From: Coniocarpon cinnabarinum
Taxonomy: Eukaryota
DNA: 58,305 nt
Direction of reading: 5' to 3'
Assembly: GCA_051942205.1 (NCBI GenBank)
Contig: JAVECO010000152.1
Span: 1-58,305 of the forward strand
Position 1 is the first letter of the stretch; each line of letters starts with the position of its first letter. Both the position numbers and the translations under genes were made by a program. Below the pieces are notes generated by a model, which made no database searches, was not told the DNA's origin, and saw nothing but the letters and a program-made list of their open reading frames with translations. Shown here one piece after another: positions 45,477 to 57,565 of this stretch.

Positions 45477-46709
45477 TCAATCGACGTCTCCACCAGCCTC
45501 AGTCTCTACAGATTCCATAAAAGCTTCCAGCCGTTTCCTCACTTTCTCCAAGTCGTTCTTGGCCGCGAGCTCGCTCTTCTTCAGCTGTTCCGCCACGAGC
45601 TCCAGTTCCTTCTTCATGGATTCCGTTGATTGCTTTCGCTCTTCTTCAAACCTTAGATTGATCGCTGCCACCTCGTTGACGTACTTGCCCATCTGCCGAT
45701 CTTCGCTCCCCATTTCCCGCTTGAGCTTGGTCATTGACTGCAAGACTCCATTGTATTGCATTGCTAGCTTTTTATATTCTGGCCAATCATGATCTTTTGC
45801 TCTCTTACGCCAAGTTTCCAGCACATTACCGAGGGTACTTTGGTTGACCTTCTCAGGAGCCAGCGGCGTGAAGCTGTGCCCACTGCTTGCAACATATTCT
45901 TTGCGCAGCTGCTGTTCCTTACTTTTGATATCTTCGTGAGCCGCAATGAGCTTTGCAAGTTCTCTTTCGATCGTTGCTGTATGAGAAGCTGTAAGGTCCC
46001 GTCGATAGACATCGATTTGCTTGTCAAAAACTAGAGCAAGAGGATGTTCGTTAAAGATGACATCTGAGGCATGCAGCGGAGCGATCTGGTGCGAAGCTTT
46101 GGCGTGAGTGTTAGGAGGCACTGTTACCTCGCTCCGGGCTGACTGAGCTTTCAGAACGAACGGTGGCTTTTGTGAGTTATTGTTGCTACCCTTTTGCAGT
46201 CGGGAATTGACCCGAGCAGGCGAAACGCGAGAGAGATGTGAAGCAATGAGCTTTCTGGGTGGAACCTTACCGGGCCCGTATCGTGAGCCCCTTTCAGCAT
46301 CAAATTTGCTGGTCTTAGGAGAGTTGACAGGCTTGATAGCATTTTTCTCGTACTGGTGGTCCTTCTCGAGAATGCGCCGTTTTTGTGGCGTTACATGGAC
46401 GTCCCTCTCAGCCACTTGATTCGGCGATATGACCTTGACATTCTTCTGTCCTGGATGTAACACGCTTGCCCGAGCATGGCCTTTGCCAGTCGTTCCATGA
46501 GCTTTCCCAAGCTTTAATCGTCGGCCGTCAGTTGCGTTGCTTGGCTGTGGCGGGTCCAGCTTCTCAAGAGCGACACGAATTGTTTCTGAGACTGGAGCTG
46601 CTGAAGTTCCTAATTGGCCAAGAGGATTACGAGGGCTGGGATCTTGATGGACGCAGATACGCGTCGGACGTGGGTAGCGTGGTGGTTTTTGAGCTTGTTG
46701 AGTTGACAT
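45477..46709 (-). CDS. Hypothetical protein, basic disordered N-terminus and C-terminal coiled coil (410 aa)
   Basis: Long ATG ORF with an E/K-rich heptad-like C-terminus. No family recognised. Confidence 0.7.
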   Translation of the reverse strand: MSTQQAQKPPRYPRPTRICVHQDPSPRNPLGQLGTSAAPVSETIRVALEKLDPPQPSNATDGRRLKLGKAHGTTGKGHARASVLHPGQKNVKVISPNQVAERDVHVTPQKRRILEKDHQYEKNAIKPVNSPKTSKFDAERGSRYGPGKVPPRKLIASHLSRVSPARVNSRLQKGSNNNSQKPPFVLKAQSARSEVTVPPNTHAKASHQIAPLHASDVIFNEHPLALVFDKQIDVYRRDLTASHTATIERELAKLIAAHEDIKSKEQQLRKEYVASSGHSFTPLAPEKVNQSTLGNVLETWRKRAKDHDWPEYKKLAMQYNGVLQSMTKLKREMGSEDRQMGKYVNEVAAINLRFEEERKQSTESMKKELELVAEQLKKSELAAKNDLEKVRKRLEAFMESVETEAGGDVD

Positions 46710-47014
46710 TGAGTGGCTCAGTGGCGAGAAGAAAGAGGAACCCAGGATTCCTATTTAATGGTCGCAAATAGGGCGAAAAATTGCCACTCTGCAAAGAGAC
46801 CAAGGAAGGTCGACAGGTAAGGTAAGTAGTGGAGTAACAGAGGTCGGGTGTATGAGTGCGGCGCACTGTGAACCCTGCCCTCGTTTCTGCATGCTCTCGT
46901 GGCGGTGTGAGGCTCTATATCGACACACCGAAATATGGACATTGCTCTGCTTGGAGGATTCCGCCAATCCGCATCCCAATTTGCAATCTCACACGAGTTC
47001 ACGAACTGTCAAAT

Positions 47015-47727
47015 TCATTGCTGCGGTTGTGCTTCTGATTCACCTTCGACCAAGACCTTCTTTTCTTCAAGCATTTTGGCAAGGCTGCCGTCCTGATGCA
47101 TTGACATGAGGATATCGCATCCTCCAACGAACTCTTTGTCGAGATAAAGTTGCGGTATCGTCGGCCACTCTGAGAATTCTTTGATTCCTAGTGAGAACTC
47201 GTTAGCCCTGGTATCCTACGGATCGTATAAACGCTCCGACTTGCAAGTCCGTAACACCACAGGGGACATTAGCAGCTAGGTCAGCTAAGCTGTACTCCCA
47301 TTGCTGCGTGCCCGCTGTCTTTGTGTGGAAAGCAAATGGTATAGAGAATGGTGTACTTGCCTTCTCTTAGACTTTGGTCCTCTAGTACGTTAAACGCAGC
47401 AAACTTTTTAGGGTCTACTCCCTGCATCCCAAGGATCTGTACGCTTGCGCGCGAGAAGCCGCATTGTGGCGTCTCGGGGGTGCCCTTCATGAACAGGACA
47501 ACTGGCGCAGTCCCAACGGCTTTATCAATTGATGACCGCATCTCCGTCGAAAGGCATCGCGCTGCTTGAGCTCTGGACAGCAAGAACGATGGCTGAGGCG
47601 AAAGAGAGGGAGCTATTACGGGTGGACGAGATGTTGCACGATATGCCTGTGATGGGACTTAAGTGGACTGAAATATGACGGCAGTATGGCAATTACCTAC
47701 ATTTGCTGCTAGTCTTCTCGAGAGCAT
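47015..47727 (-). CDS. GRX5: Mitochondrial monothiol glutaredoxin Grx5, 3 exons (introns 47647-47700 and 47188-47360)
   Basis: [18 protein letters not shown] active site and [30 protein letters not shown], plus a presequence. Confidence 0.96.
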
Positions 47728-48030
47728 GATGGTCGAAATTGATCGCAAAGTTGTGAAGCAAGATGTGGATGAGTTTTGATTGCTAGGAGTGCTTCATAGT
47801 TTCGAGTCTTTTGGAATTTGCGCGAGTCAGTGAAGGCGTGATGTCATCACCCGTAAGCCGATTAGGTTTGCCTATGCCTGCACGTGTTTTGCAGCAGGGC
47901 GCAGTCAATGTTGATCCTGTCGTAACTGTTCACCAAGCGATTGTATAGATAGAACCACACTGCCGCAGCAAAGGGCACCGGTTGTCTGTCTACACCATAT
48001 GTAAAGCGCAAATCCAGTACTCGGTCAGAG

Positions 48031-48783
48031 ATGAATCGCAGACAGCAGAAGTCATTCCAGGCGAGCGACTACGACAACGATGGCAAGTTCCATCTCCTGG
48101 TCGCCGCCTCTGGTTCTGTAGCGACCATCAAGGTCCCCAATATCATTCAAGGTCTCTCTGAGACCTCCTCAATTTCCATTCGCATTGTCCTGACGCGCTC
48201 AGCCCACGAATTTCTTCAAGGCCAGACTCATGAGCAGCCCTCGATCGATGCCCTAGCCAAGTACCCCAACGTTGACGGTATTCATTTGGACGAGGATGAG
48301 TGGCATCCGTCGTGGACTCGAGGTGCACCAATCCTTCACATAGAGCTCCGGAGGTGGGCTCATGCTCTGTTTGTTGCACCGCTGTCTGCCAATACTCTCG
48401 CCAAGATTGCCAACGGGTTTTGTGACAACTTGCTGACCTCGATCATCCGTGCGTGGGAGGTAAAGAAACCTTGGCCCGCTGAGAATTCAAATTCTGTTGG
48501 TGATACGACCTCACTGCATCTCGCCCATTCTCCGAGCATTTGGCAGAAGCCGATTGTAGTCGCTCCTTCCATGAACACTGCCATGTGGGAGCACCCGGTA
48601 ACTGCGCAACAGCTCGGCCTTCTTGGCAAAGGTAAGCTCATGCATTGGGTTGAGGTGCTTTGGCCGATTGAAAAGACCATTGCGTGTGGTGACACGGGTA
48701 ATGGCGCCATGTGTGAGTGGAACGCCATTGTCGAGCGCGTGCTGAAGGAAAAGGAAGCATTCCAGAAACTGGACTCGAGATGA
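48031..48783 (+). CDS. Phosphopantothenoylcysteine decarboxylase (HFCD flavoprotein, Cab3/Hal3 family)
   Basis: LLVAASGSVATIK, PILHIELRRWA, APLSANTLAKIANGFCDNLL, APSMNTAMW and IACGDTGNGAM. Confidence 0.93.
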   Translation: MNRRQQKSFQASDYDNDGKFHLLVAASGSVATIKVPNIIQGLSETSSISIRIVLTRSAHEFLQGQTHEQPSIDALAKYPNVDGIHLDEDEWHPSWTRGAPILHIELRRWAHALFVAPLSANTLAKIANGFCDNLLTSIIRAWEVKKPWPAENSNSVGDTTSLHLAHSPSIWQKPIVVAPSMNTAMWEHPVTAQQLGLLGKGKLMHWVEVLWPIEKTIACGDTGNGAMCEWNAIVERVLKEKEAFQKLDSR

Positions 48784-49433
48784 ACGTGGCCGGCCAATAG
48801 GCTGGACGTGCCTGGATGGTCCCTTTTTTTGTGAATTGCTGATGATCATTTCTTTGTGCCTTTGTTCCAGGTGCTCTTTCGGGCAACACCGTCACAGCCT
48901 TACCCTTTGCGGCTGCAGAAAGTGACGTGTCTTACTTCTTTAACTCAGCCTCAGGGTCGGGTGTTGTATGAAGCAATTGATTAAATCAGGTACGCGCCAG
49001 ATGCAAGTGGTCCCTAGCAACAGTGCATCAGTAAACATGGAAGATGATCCGGACGCTGAAGCTGGTCGGACATAGCAGGCCTGCAGCAGAAGCCCTATAC
49101 CGCAAGTTAGCGACGATCTTATCGTACAGACTAATTTTGCCTCCACCACATTCAGCGTTTGCTCGAGCCTCATCAGCATGTTCGTCTCAATGCGATGCCT
49201 GCACTTTTGACCAACTTCACTCGGCCTCCCCTTGTGATACACTGTGCAGGCAGCGTCTGTGCAGCTCAATTGTTCGGCGTCGGCTCATTTCCTTCATTAC
49301 CACTTCCTCCTACACCTTTCACCGGCAACTGTTCCAAGACCTCACCTTCGAAGTTGACCGCAAGCTCCCTTTGACGGCCACAGGACCAACAGATTGACAC
49401 TTCCTGTTGAATTTAAACGATTTTCTCTGCACG

Positions 49434-50069
49434 ATGTCGTCGCCAACGGGGCTCAAACAAAAGCTCAAGCAAATTATTCAGCACGACAAACCCGACCTCG
49501 ATGCCCTTGACCCAGACATGAACCCGAACATCACTGACCTGGCCAGCCGTGATGAGGAAAAGCTCAGCATGCAGGTCGCTTTCGCACGCAACTGGTACCA
49601 CGAAGTCTACAAACAAGCCAAGGCGGGCTCCATCCCGTGGGATGCTCGCATTGACATGCTCTTCCCCAACAGAGATTGGCAATGGGACAACGCCACCAAG
49701 CGTCGCATCCTTGACAGCTTCATGGCGAATCCAGATAATTGGGACCTTGCTCCTGAGGAATTAATTCAGCAAGGCGAGGTCAAAGTCTCTGAGAGCTATC
49801 ACCCCGTCGTCGAGCCTCGCCAATCGACTGAGATGCACTCGCCCACGGGAAAGGTCAAGAATGTTTTTGCGAAAGTCAAAGGCATGCGTCGCGGTCGTGC
49901 CAACACGGAAAGTGAATCGGAATCTCACACTGAGTCGGAGAGCACATCGGGTGAGTTTCTATCGTACGCTTCGCAGGCGCTGGTGATGGGTGTTCTGACA
50001 AATGTGGTATTAGGGTCTCCGCCGAACATGACCTCCGTTCTCACTGATCGTAACGCTTACCGCAAATAA
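49434..50069 (+). CDS. Hypothetical protein (probable 63-nt intron 49951-50013)
   Basis: ATG ORF with C-ending codon bias and a Trp-containing core. gtgagt..ctgac..tag intron signals near the 3' end. Confidence 0.65.
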   Translation: MSSPTGLKQKLKQIIQHDKPDLDALDPDMNPNITDLASRDEEKLSMQVAFARNWYHEVYKQAKAGSIPWDARIDMLFPNRDWQWDNATKRRILDSFMANPDNWDLAPEELIQQGEVKVSESYHPVVEPRQSTEMHSPTGKVKNVFAKVKGMRRGRANTESESESHTESESTSGEFLSYASQALVMGVLTNVVLGSPPNMTSVLTDRNAYRK

Positions 50070-50694
50070 CGAATGCGCAATATCCTGTTGCCACAAGGCA
50101 AAGTTTGCTCACTTACGGCCGATCATAAGCATAGCGCTTGCTCAGATTTGTACAATATCCCGTGTAGGTACGCCTCCACGTTTTATTGGCCTACTCATTA
50201 ACGTCCCTGCTTCCAGGCATTTCGCACAAGCGATGTGAGCAAAAAGGACCTTCCAATGTACTATTAGACACTGAGCGGCCATTTGCTGCCTAATTTCAAC
50301 CTAGGAAGCCCCTTGACACTTTGAAGCTGGCTGTAATCAGCACGTCTGCGCAAGTGTTCTTCACGATCTTTCTGAGCCACTGCAAACCCACGGCAGAATC
50401 CGCTACAGCCGCATCAAACATTCTGAGAAATACCAAAGTCTGCACAGTGATCGCGTATTCAAGTCTGGCTTGAATTTGATCTCACATCGTGATTCATCAC
50501 TAAACATTCTACATGCTGTTCAATAAAGAGTGTAATATACGAAAGATGAAAAAGACATCGAACCACCCCGACACTTGCTCACTCGTCACCCCGTCAATAA
50601 ATCATCACAAAACGCCACGCTATGCAACCGCTCACACTCATGATCTCTCTCTCCAAGGTCTCGTCTTGCGCTGCGCAACACCTGTGACGCGCAG

Positions 50695-51878
50695 CTACTG
50701 CTCTGGGTACCGTCCCGGCACGTATCTGGCTGGATGATACGTGCTATCCGGCCGATTTAAGGTCGCAAACTGCGGCACCAAATGCTTGAACTGCGGGTTG
50801 ACGTTCAGCGGCCCCGAAATCTGCATGCTGCGCCGCTCGTCATCATTGCTGTAGTACGAGCTTGCCGTTGGTTTGCGATAGGAGTATCCTGCGCTACCCT
50901 GGTAGGTTCCATTGCCGCTGTATCCGCCGTTAGCAGACTGCCCAGCATTGCCTGTTTGACCGCCGTTGGCCGGTTGTCCACCGTGATTACCATGGCCCGC
51001 TTGTCCATGGAACATGCTCTCGGAATTGACAGTATGCGCATCCCGCATGTCCACCAAACTCTCCTGACTCTGCGTCTTCAGCGGTCTCGAAATCTTCGGC
51101 CGAGCTCCATTCGCCTTCTCAGTATACGTCGGCAAAATCCCAGTGCCGGATTTGAAAATCGAAAACCGGTGTTTCCACCCCTTGAGTCCTCGCTTCTCAT
51201 CGGCCGTCGACGCCGTGGTCGGGCGATGCGAACTCGCGCCCTGCGACCCGTTCCAGGTGTTCGAGCGGGGTAGCTGATCCCATGGTGTTTGCGGTGGGAT
51301 GCACGTCAAGGCTACGGCGCCTTTGCTGCGGATCATGCGGGCGGTGACGCGAGGTGCTTTTTGGCGGAAGATGAAGCTGGCGAGGATGTTGAAGACGCCG
51401 ATGACGATGCCAAGGATGCCGGCGCCGAGGGTGACGCGCCAGAAGCCGAGGCCGATGGTGTGGGACGTGTAGTTGGGGTTGTTGAGGTTGCCGAGGACGG
51501 TGGTGCCGAGGCCCAGCAACAGCAGACCGAGGAAGGTGAAGGAGTGCAGGGGTGAGAGGAGTGGATGATGGGTTGCGAAGTAATTGGTGCACAGTGGTGT
51601 TTCTGAGAGGATGAGAAAGAAGCTGAGAGACAAAGTGATGACGTGGGAGACGGCTTCAAAGAAGAAGAACTGTTGAGGTTAGCTCACTCGCATTTGGTAG
51701 TAAGACGAGGAGGATGAGGGCAATGGGCTGAGCTTACGTTGTCGTTGATGTGGATTTTGATGAGGAGCACGATGGCTGCTGCTGCGATTGCTAGGAGTGT
51801 GACGATATTGAAAGCCCGAAGGACATTGAGGACGATGTAGCCCGGCCCGGCCAAGGTCTTCGTGGAGAAGAGGCCCAT
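50695..51878 (-). CDS. Fungal multi-pass membrane protein (about 4 TM) with long cytoplasmic tail, 2 exons (intron 51670-51737)
   Basis: MGLFSTKTLAGPGYIVLNVLRAFNIVTLLAI...|FFFFEAVSH...LGNLN...GFWRVTLGAGIL...TARMIRSKGA. Hydrophobic segments and a canonical intron. Confidence 0.85.
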
Positions 51879-53078
51879 CGTGACCGATGTTCTTGTGAGC
51901 CGGTGCAGCAATTGATATTCTGACGAGGTTGCCTTTCTTTCCAGTAACCGAATGGTATGCCAAGTAGCGACGTTCGAGAAGTAGTTGGCGCGGTTGCAAG
52001 TCTTGAGAGTCACTCAAAGTTGTGGCTGAGGCTGAGCGTTCGTTTGCAAGCAAAAGTGTTTGTCGATTTACTCCGTGGTAGACAGGAAACGTAGAACAGA
52101 ATGTGCTCACAGTCAATCTTGATTAAATCCCTTGGTGTTTTGAAATATCAAAGAGGTAATTGCCGCCTGGGCTTTTTACAATGCTGCAAATGATTACAAA
52201 GGTGGTTCAAGTCGAAACGAAGCAAAGAGAGAGCGGACGAGGTGCGTGTGCTGACCGTGCAGCAAGCAGGCAGAGGCAAAGCTAGACTCAAGGAAAAAGG
52301 GTAAAGATTGACACGAGCAGTGAAAGGGAATGTGCAGAGGAGGTCAAGTGAACACGGCGATCAATAGTCTTTACTCAATAGCTCAGGAACAATAGGCGCG
52401 CAGGGGTCATTCAAAAGCAGGCTCGATTCCTCATTCACCCATTGATGGCTCCTCTACCGATGGGCCCGATCGCAGACAACACGGAGCCCGGAACTACTGT
52501 TCAAGGTGGATTCAGTGGCCAGTGGGCCAAGAAGTCATGTCACGACGCGCCGCAGATCAGGGTCGTGTCGAAACGACAACAGTGACTACGAACATTGACG
52601 ATCGTGGCGCCAGAGCCGGAGAAGGGCACAAGTCATGGGAGAGAGTGAGAGCCGAGAGCGTGGAAGTGGGATGGATTGGCTATTGAGGAGGCCTGACCGG
52701 GCCTGTTTCATGTTGGAGGTGAGCCCCTGGGCGGCTAACTTTCGTTGGCCTTGAGGCATTCACATCGCAAGCAATCCCTCAAAGACGTCTTCTGAATGCT
52801 TTGATGCCCAAAATGCAAACAGGCCCGCCGACTTTGCCGTCCTTACGCGAGAGATCGCGAAGATGAAGTTGAACAAAATTGTGTGAGAGTTGCTGGCACT
52901 GGCACTGGCGTGACTGGCTAGTTTCATGTATTTCTGCCTGAAATGTTGGGGTCTTCTGCGCTACCATTCTTTTGGCCGTGATTGGACATGCACGATGTAC
53001 GGGGCCTACATATCGACCATCAGACCACCACCTCGATTTTGAAGAATACCTACGATGCGATAGCATAGATATACAGCC

Positions 53079-54184
53079 ATGCAGAAAGTTCTTCGCCGCA
53101 CAGCGTACTCCCAAAGGCGAGGCAAGAAACTAAAACAGATCCAAGATGAGACCAAGGAACGACACGCACGTGCTGCTTTCAAAAGCGAGGTCCGGCAGAT
53201 AAATGCTCAACGTCAAGAAGCCATATACGCAGAACGTGGCCGTCGACGCGTGAATTGGGAGCTTGGTCCATTATCGCCTTGGCGAAGCAACTTCAGCCAT
53301 CTCGTCCAAGAAACGAGATTTGGAGCATGGGACATGCAACAGGCACAGGTGGTTGAGAAGCCTCCAAGGGACCGCGCGAAGCATTTAATGTTCCGAGAGG
53401 GAGATCGCGTGGCAGTGGTGGAAGGGCATGAGTCAGTCAAGGGGCGTGTGGGGAAGATTAAGAACGTCGATGAGAAAGGAGAGACTCTGACAGTCACTGG
53501 CATCAATATGGTGCGTCCAGGAGCTTCGCATGGGTTGATCAATCGAGCTAACTATGATGGCAATAGGCCGATGTCGCCATCCAACGAACAGAGGAAGATA
53601 TCGAGCGAGGCCAGCGTGAGATCCAGACCACCGAGCTGCCAATTCCCATGCGTGCCGTCCGACTGGTTTATCCCTTGCCAGACCCAACCACTCAGATACC
53701 ACGCGATGTGATCATCGACAACCTCGTTGTCAAAAAGCAGCGATTCGATGTATATGAAAACAAGGAGGTCTTCGAACGATGGCTTGAGCCCCAACACGTC
53801 CGCATACCGTGGCCCGAACAAAAAGAGCCCAAATACAAAGATGAAGAGAGCGATACACTGCGAAAGGAGGCAGAGACTGTTTCATTCTTGCCAGTACTCC
53901 TTCGACCACCAATGCCTGCGGGGATCATTGATGAGCTGCGAAACAAATTTAGCAAGTACAGAGACAGGCATGATGATGAATATATCGCGCAGAAGCAGGC
54001 AGAAGATGCTGCTGAAGAGGTGGAGAAACAGAGAAAGGCAGCATCTGTGCCCAGAGGAGCTTACAATGTTGCCAGACGAAGGGGTGTAGCCGGAGACAAG
54101 AACCGGGAGCAAGTCCTGTCGGATGACCTGGCGGCACAGATTGGTAGACACATGACTTTGAAAGATGAAGGCAGTCGAGCATGA
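53079..54184 (+). CDS. MRPL40: Mitochondrial large-subunit ribosomal protein uL24m (KOW), 2 exons (intron 53511-53566)
   Basis: MQKVLRRT start, WELGPLSPWR, KOW motif GDRVAVVEG..KGRVGKI, VRLVYPL, IPWP and PPMPAGIIDELRNKFSKYRDRHD. Confidence 0.88.
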
Positions 54185-54289
54185 TTGCCAGGCAGCAAAA
54201 TATCAATAGATTCGATGGTGAAATCGAAGTGCTTACTGCACAGTCCGCATTGTATGCTATGGATGAAATGAGTTGTAAAAGGATCCATA

Positions 54290-55009
54290 TCAGACCAGAA
54301 CACCGAGGTACTCAGCTCTCCCGCCCGTTGACTTTGCCAGAGCCTCCCACTGCACAATGAAGCGATTGACCAGAGGAAGCAGGATCCTACCACTGAGGCT
54401 GAGCCTCTTCACTCGTGCCCAGCTCTCGACATACACAGTGCGCAACTTGCCCTTTGTAGCTTTCCTGTTGAGCAAACGAACGGTGTATGAAGCAAGAACC
54501 ATGATGACGCCGGTTGCAGGACCGTTGGTGATAATGATATCGGGATAAGTGTGTGGCGGAATGATGATGCCAGGCTTCCTCAGCAGAGCAACGCACGACC
54601 GCAGACACTGCAGAGACGACCAGGGTGTGGATAGTAAGCTTTGATGGACCTTTCTTGCACGCGGCACCAGGATCGTGCCGTGAGACCCACCGTCAACGTC
54701 AGGATGCCTCGATCGTATCAGTTGCTCGAATTCTTGAGCCCTCTGCCTACTGAATGCGTCTCCGCTCGAGACGATATATGTGCGATATGTGTACCTCGAT
54801 ATGTCGAGATCCCTCAGCAACGCCAGCATCTCCGCAGTATGTCCACCGCTGCCCAGGACGATCATGATCCAAATGGGACCCTGAGGATGGTCATTTCCCC
54901 GTGAGACCTGTGTTGGTTCCTCGAAATTCGGAAGGAGCGAGATGAGCCGGAAGGTGACGGCTGTGGAGAGCACAGCGATGACTGTAACGACAATACTGAG
55001 AGCAAGCAT
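54290..55009 (-). CDS. ALG14: UDP-GlcNAc transferase subunit Alg14
   Basis: N-terminal TM helix, IVLGSGGHTAEM, VPRARKVHQS, PDIIITNGPAT, YVESWARVKRLSLSG and FIVQW. Confidence 0.95.
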   Translation of the reverse strand: MLALSIVVTVIAVLSTAVTFRLISLLPNFEEPTQVSRGNDHPQGPIWIMIVLGSGGHTAEMLALLRDLDISRYTYRTYIVSSGDAFSRQRAQEFEQLIRSRHPDVDGGSHGTILVPRARKVHQSLLSTPWSSLQCLRSCVALLRKPGIIIPPHTYPDIIITNGPATGVIMVLASYTVRLLNRKATKGKLRTVYVESWARVKRLSLSGRILLPLVNRFIVQWEALAKSTGGRAEYLGVLV

Positions 55010-55362
55010 ATTGCAGAGTCAATAGCAGGGTGAAGGTTGTTGATTCATTGGGCGTGTTTCACACTGTTCGTATGTATTGTTACTGAATAGGTGAACTCGC
55101 TCTGCATGTGGACTTGGCTTCACTACGATTCACCTCTGCATGTTCGACCATCTGAAGTCTTACCCACGCTTGATCACGCTTCGATTTTCTGCTTTGTTAA
55201 TCATTGCATCTCCTGCGGGCTTCTCTGAACTCTGCGTCGCCGGCAGAATTTCACCTTGAGCGGACATAACCCAATCGCCGTCGTCACCGGCATCACGATT
55301 GGTTAACAAGGCATCACCGCCAGCGATAGGCTTCATCAAGCTCTTGTTGGACTCGCCGGCCG

Positions 55363-57485
55363 ATGTTCAACAAGATAAAATGCTTCTATTGCAACCGCTG
55401 GACGCAGCGTCCACCGACCGGTAAGAAACAGCGACTGCGCCAGTTTAAGTGCCAGCAATGCACCGCCGTGAATTTCCTCGATGAGGTGAGTCTTCCACTT
55501 CCATCTCCGCGAGTGACGCCAGCTAACAATTAGATCTATAGAAAGGTCGTATTACCGATCCTCCACTGCAGGATGTCCTCCCGACGACACCGCAGCCAAT
55601 GCGGTATGCCCACGCGCACAATGTCTCAACCAGAGACAACCCGTCGCCGTCTAAAGTGTTTTGCAATGCCTGTCTAAAAAACCAGCACATGCTGTATGAG
55701 AACCTCCGAGAACTCGATGCTGTGTCGCGAGATGAAGATCCGAACAAGTGGCACCAGCAGCAGCTCTACATCCAGGACCTCGAGCAGCGCTATCCGCAAG
55801 TCTGCGCGGAATGCCGACCCAAAGCCCGAGCAGCCATCAAGCGCGCCAACTACTTTACTCGGACTTGGAACATGATGATCAGCATGCGAAAGACCAAAGG
55901 TGGCGAGTACGCGCCTGTCGTCCAGGGACGGTGGTGGCGTGATGCCCTGTTGCGATTTGGACAGATTGGGCGAGAGTCGAGTGTTTTGGGACAGGCTATT
56001 TGGCACCTCCTTGGAGCACGAATGATCGTTTTGGATGACTTGGAGCCAGCACTGGGCGCTGAGCAGCCAGCCAGTATCGAGTCATTTGGTGCTAGAATCG
56101 TGGCTTGCACGACGCAGACAGTGGCAGCGGAGGGCATCAATCCTCACTGCTTTACGGACACCACGCCATGGATGAGCTACGCCCTCGTTCTCGGCCTGCT
56201 CACGATCTGGTGGAACAACAAGCTCCGGATGAAATATCTCGATCGCCGTCCTGGCCGAATAACAGGCACAGCAGACTACTACAGCCTCCAGCTCTTCAGT
56301 CTCGCCGTTCGAGCTCTTGCTGTTTTCACCCTGCAAACGCCTGCAACGATTTCCTATGCAGCATCTTTCCTCGAATCGGCGGATCCTCGCAAGCTCTACC
56401 GAGGCGCTCACATCATCATGATCGCCTTCATTTTATTCACGGAGTTCATGAGCCGCACCGTCTTGAAACTCAAGAACCGCTATCAAGTCCGACAGCAGCG
56501 TGACGAGGATATCCTCCCCGACACGCCCATGCCATCCAAGTCCTCCGCAAATCCTCGGAACACCTCGACTGCCAACGCCCAAGCACGCCCGACACAACAT
56601 CCCTCCTGGCTTCGCAAAGACTCCAAACCATTCGACGTCTCCGCTCTGAGCGGCTCGCCCTCGGATCGCGCATCCTCGCAACGCGCACAAGCTCCGCATG
56701 TATTTTCGCAAACAGAATTACCTGCACCTACTGCTCCACCGACCCCACCTCAGGACGACGAAATGGAGTGGTCATATACAGAACCGCAATTCTCAACGGC
56801 ATCATTTCAAGCGAGAGCAGCACAGGAGAAGAAGCATAATTTGCGGCCGCGAGGGGCACAACAGCAGTCCACCTTCAATGCACAGAAAAGCAATGACCTC
56901 TTTGCCCGACCGGCGCAATCTCCGACGAGACGAACAAATGTTAATAGTGCAAATGTGTCCTTCTCATCCTTCCAGCACCCAAAATCTCAACCACCGCCAC
57001 AAAAGCAAGAAGACCCAGACGCAACGTCGTCAACTCAGCGATCCAACGGTGGAGAGTGGAATCGCCAGCGCACCGACATCCAAATGACTAATCCTTCTTT
57101 CTTCCTTGAAAAGGACAAAGTCGACACAGGTCTGGAAAAGATATTTGGCGACGTGTTCACGTTGCAGGATGCGACGCCTCGAAAATCAAAAGCGAAAGCG
57201 GAGCCGATGGCGAGGAGTGGTAGTGCGTTCAGTCATGAGAGCTTGGGAGGGGACGGTGCGTCTGGCCGCGGACCTGGCCGGAACGGACAGAGAGGACATG
57301 GAGGGATGTTTGGGGCGGCTTATGGGGAAGGAGCTCAGAATGAAGGTGGGGGTGTGGACGTCGGTGTTTACGTCTTGCTTGTCTTCGCTGTTGTGGTTGT
57401 GGGGATGGCGATTGCTGCGAAGACGGGCTCCATTGATATTGGGGGCTTCTTAAGGGGTATGAAAACGGAGTCAACCTTAGGGTGA
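55363..57485 (+). CDS. IMA1: Integral inner nuclear membrane protein Ima1, 2 exons (intron 55486-55541)
   Basis: CFYC..FKCQQCTAVNFLDE|KGRITDPP, VFCNACLKNQH and LEQRYPQVCAEC Cys motifs (Ima1_N), TM helices, and DTGLEKIFGDVF. Confidence 0.9.
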
Positions 57486-57565
57486 AGTGTGATGGTAGCA
57501 GCTCGGGAATATGCAGTGGTTGCTTGATTTTGTATACTTTGAAGCGATGATACCAATTCCAATTC

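Noticed and set aside
47188..47360. Stwintron or TPP riboswitch in the GRX5 intron
   Set aside because: No internal excision recreates a valid donor, and the TPP aptamer core motifs (CTGAGA, CCTGAT) are absent.
3860..54184. Mitochondrial-function gene cluster or secondary-metabolite cluster spanning the window
   Set aside because: Mitochondrial genes are common and are interspersed here with unrelated functions. No PKS, NRPS, terpene synthase, transporter or pathway regulator is present.
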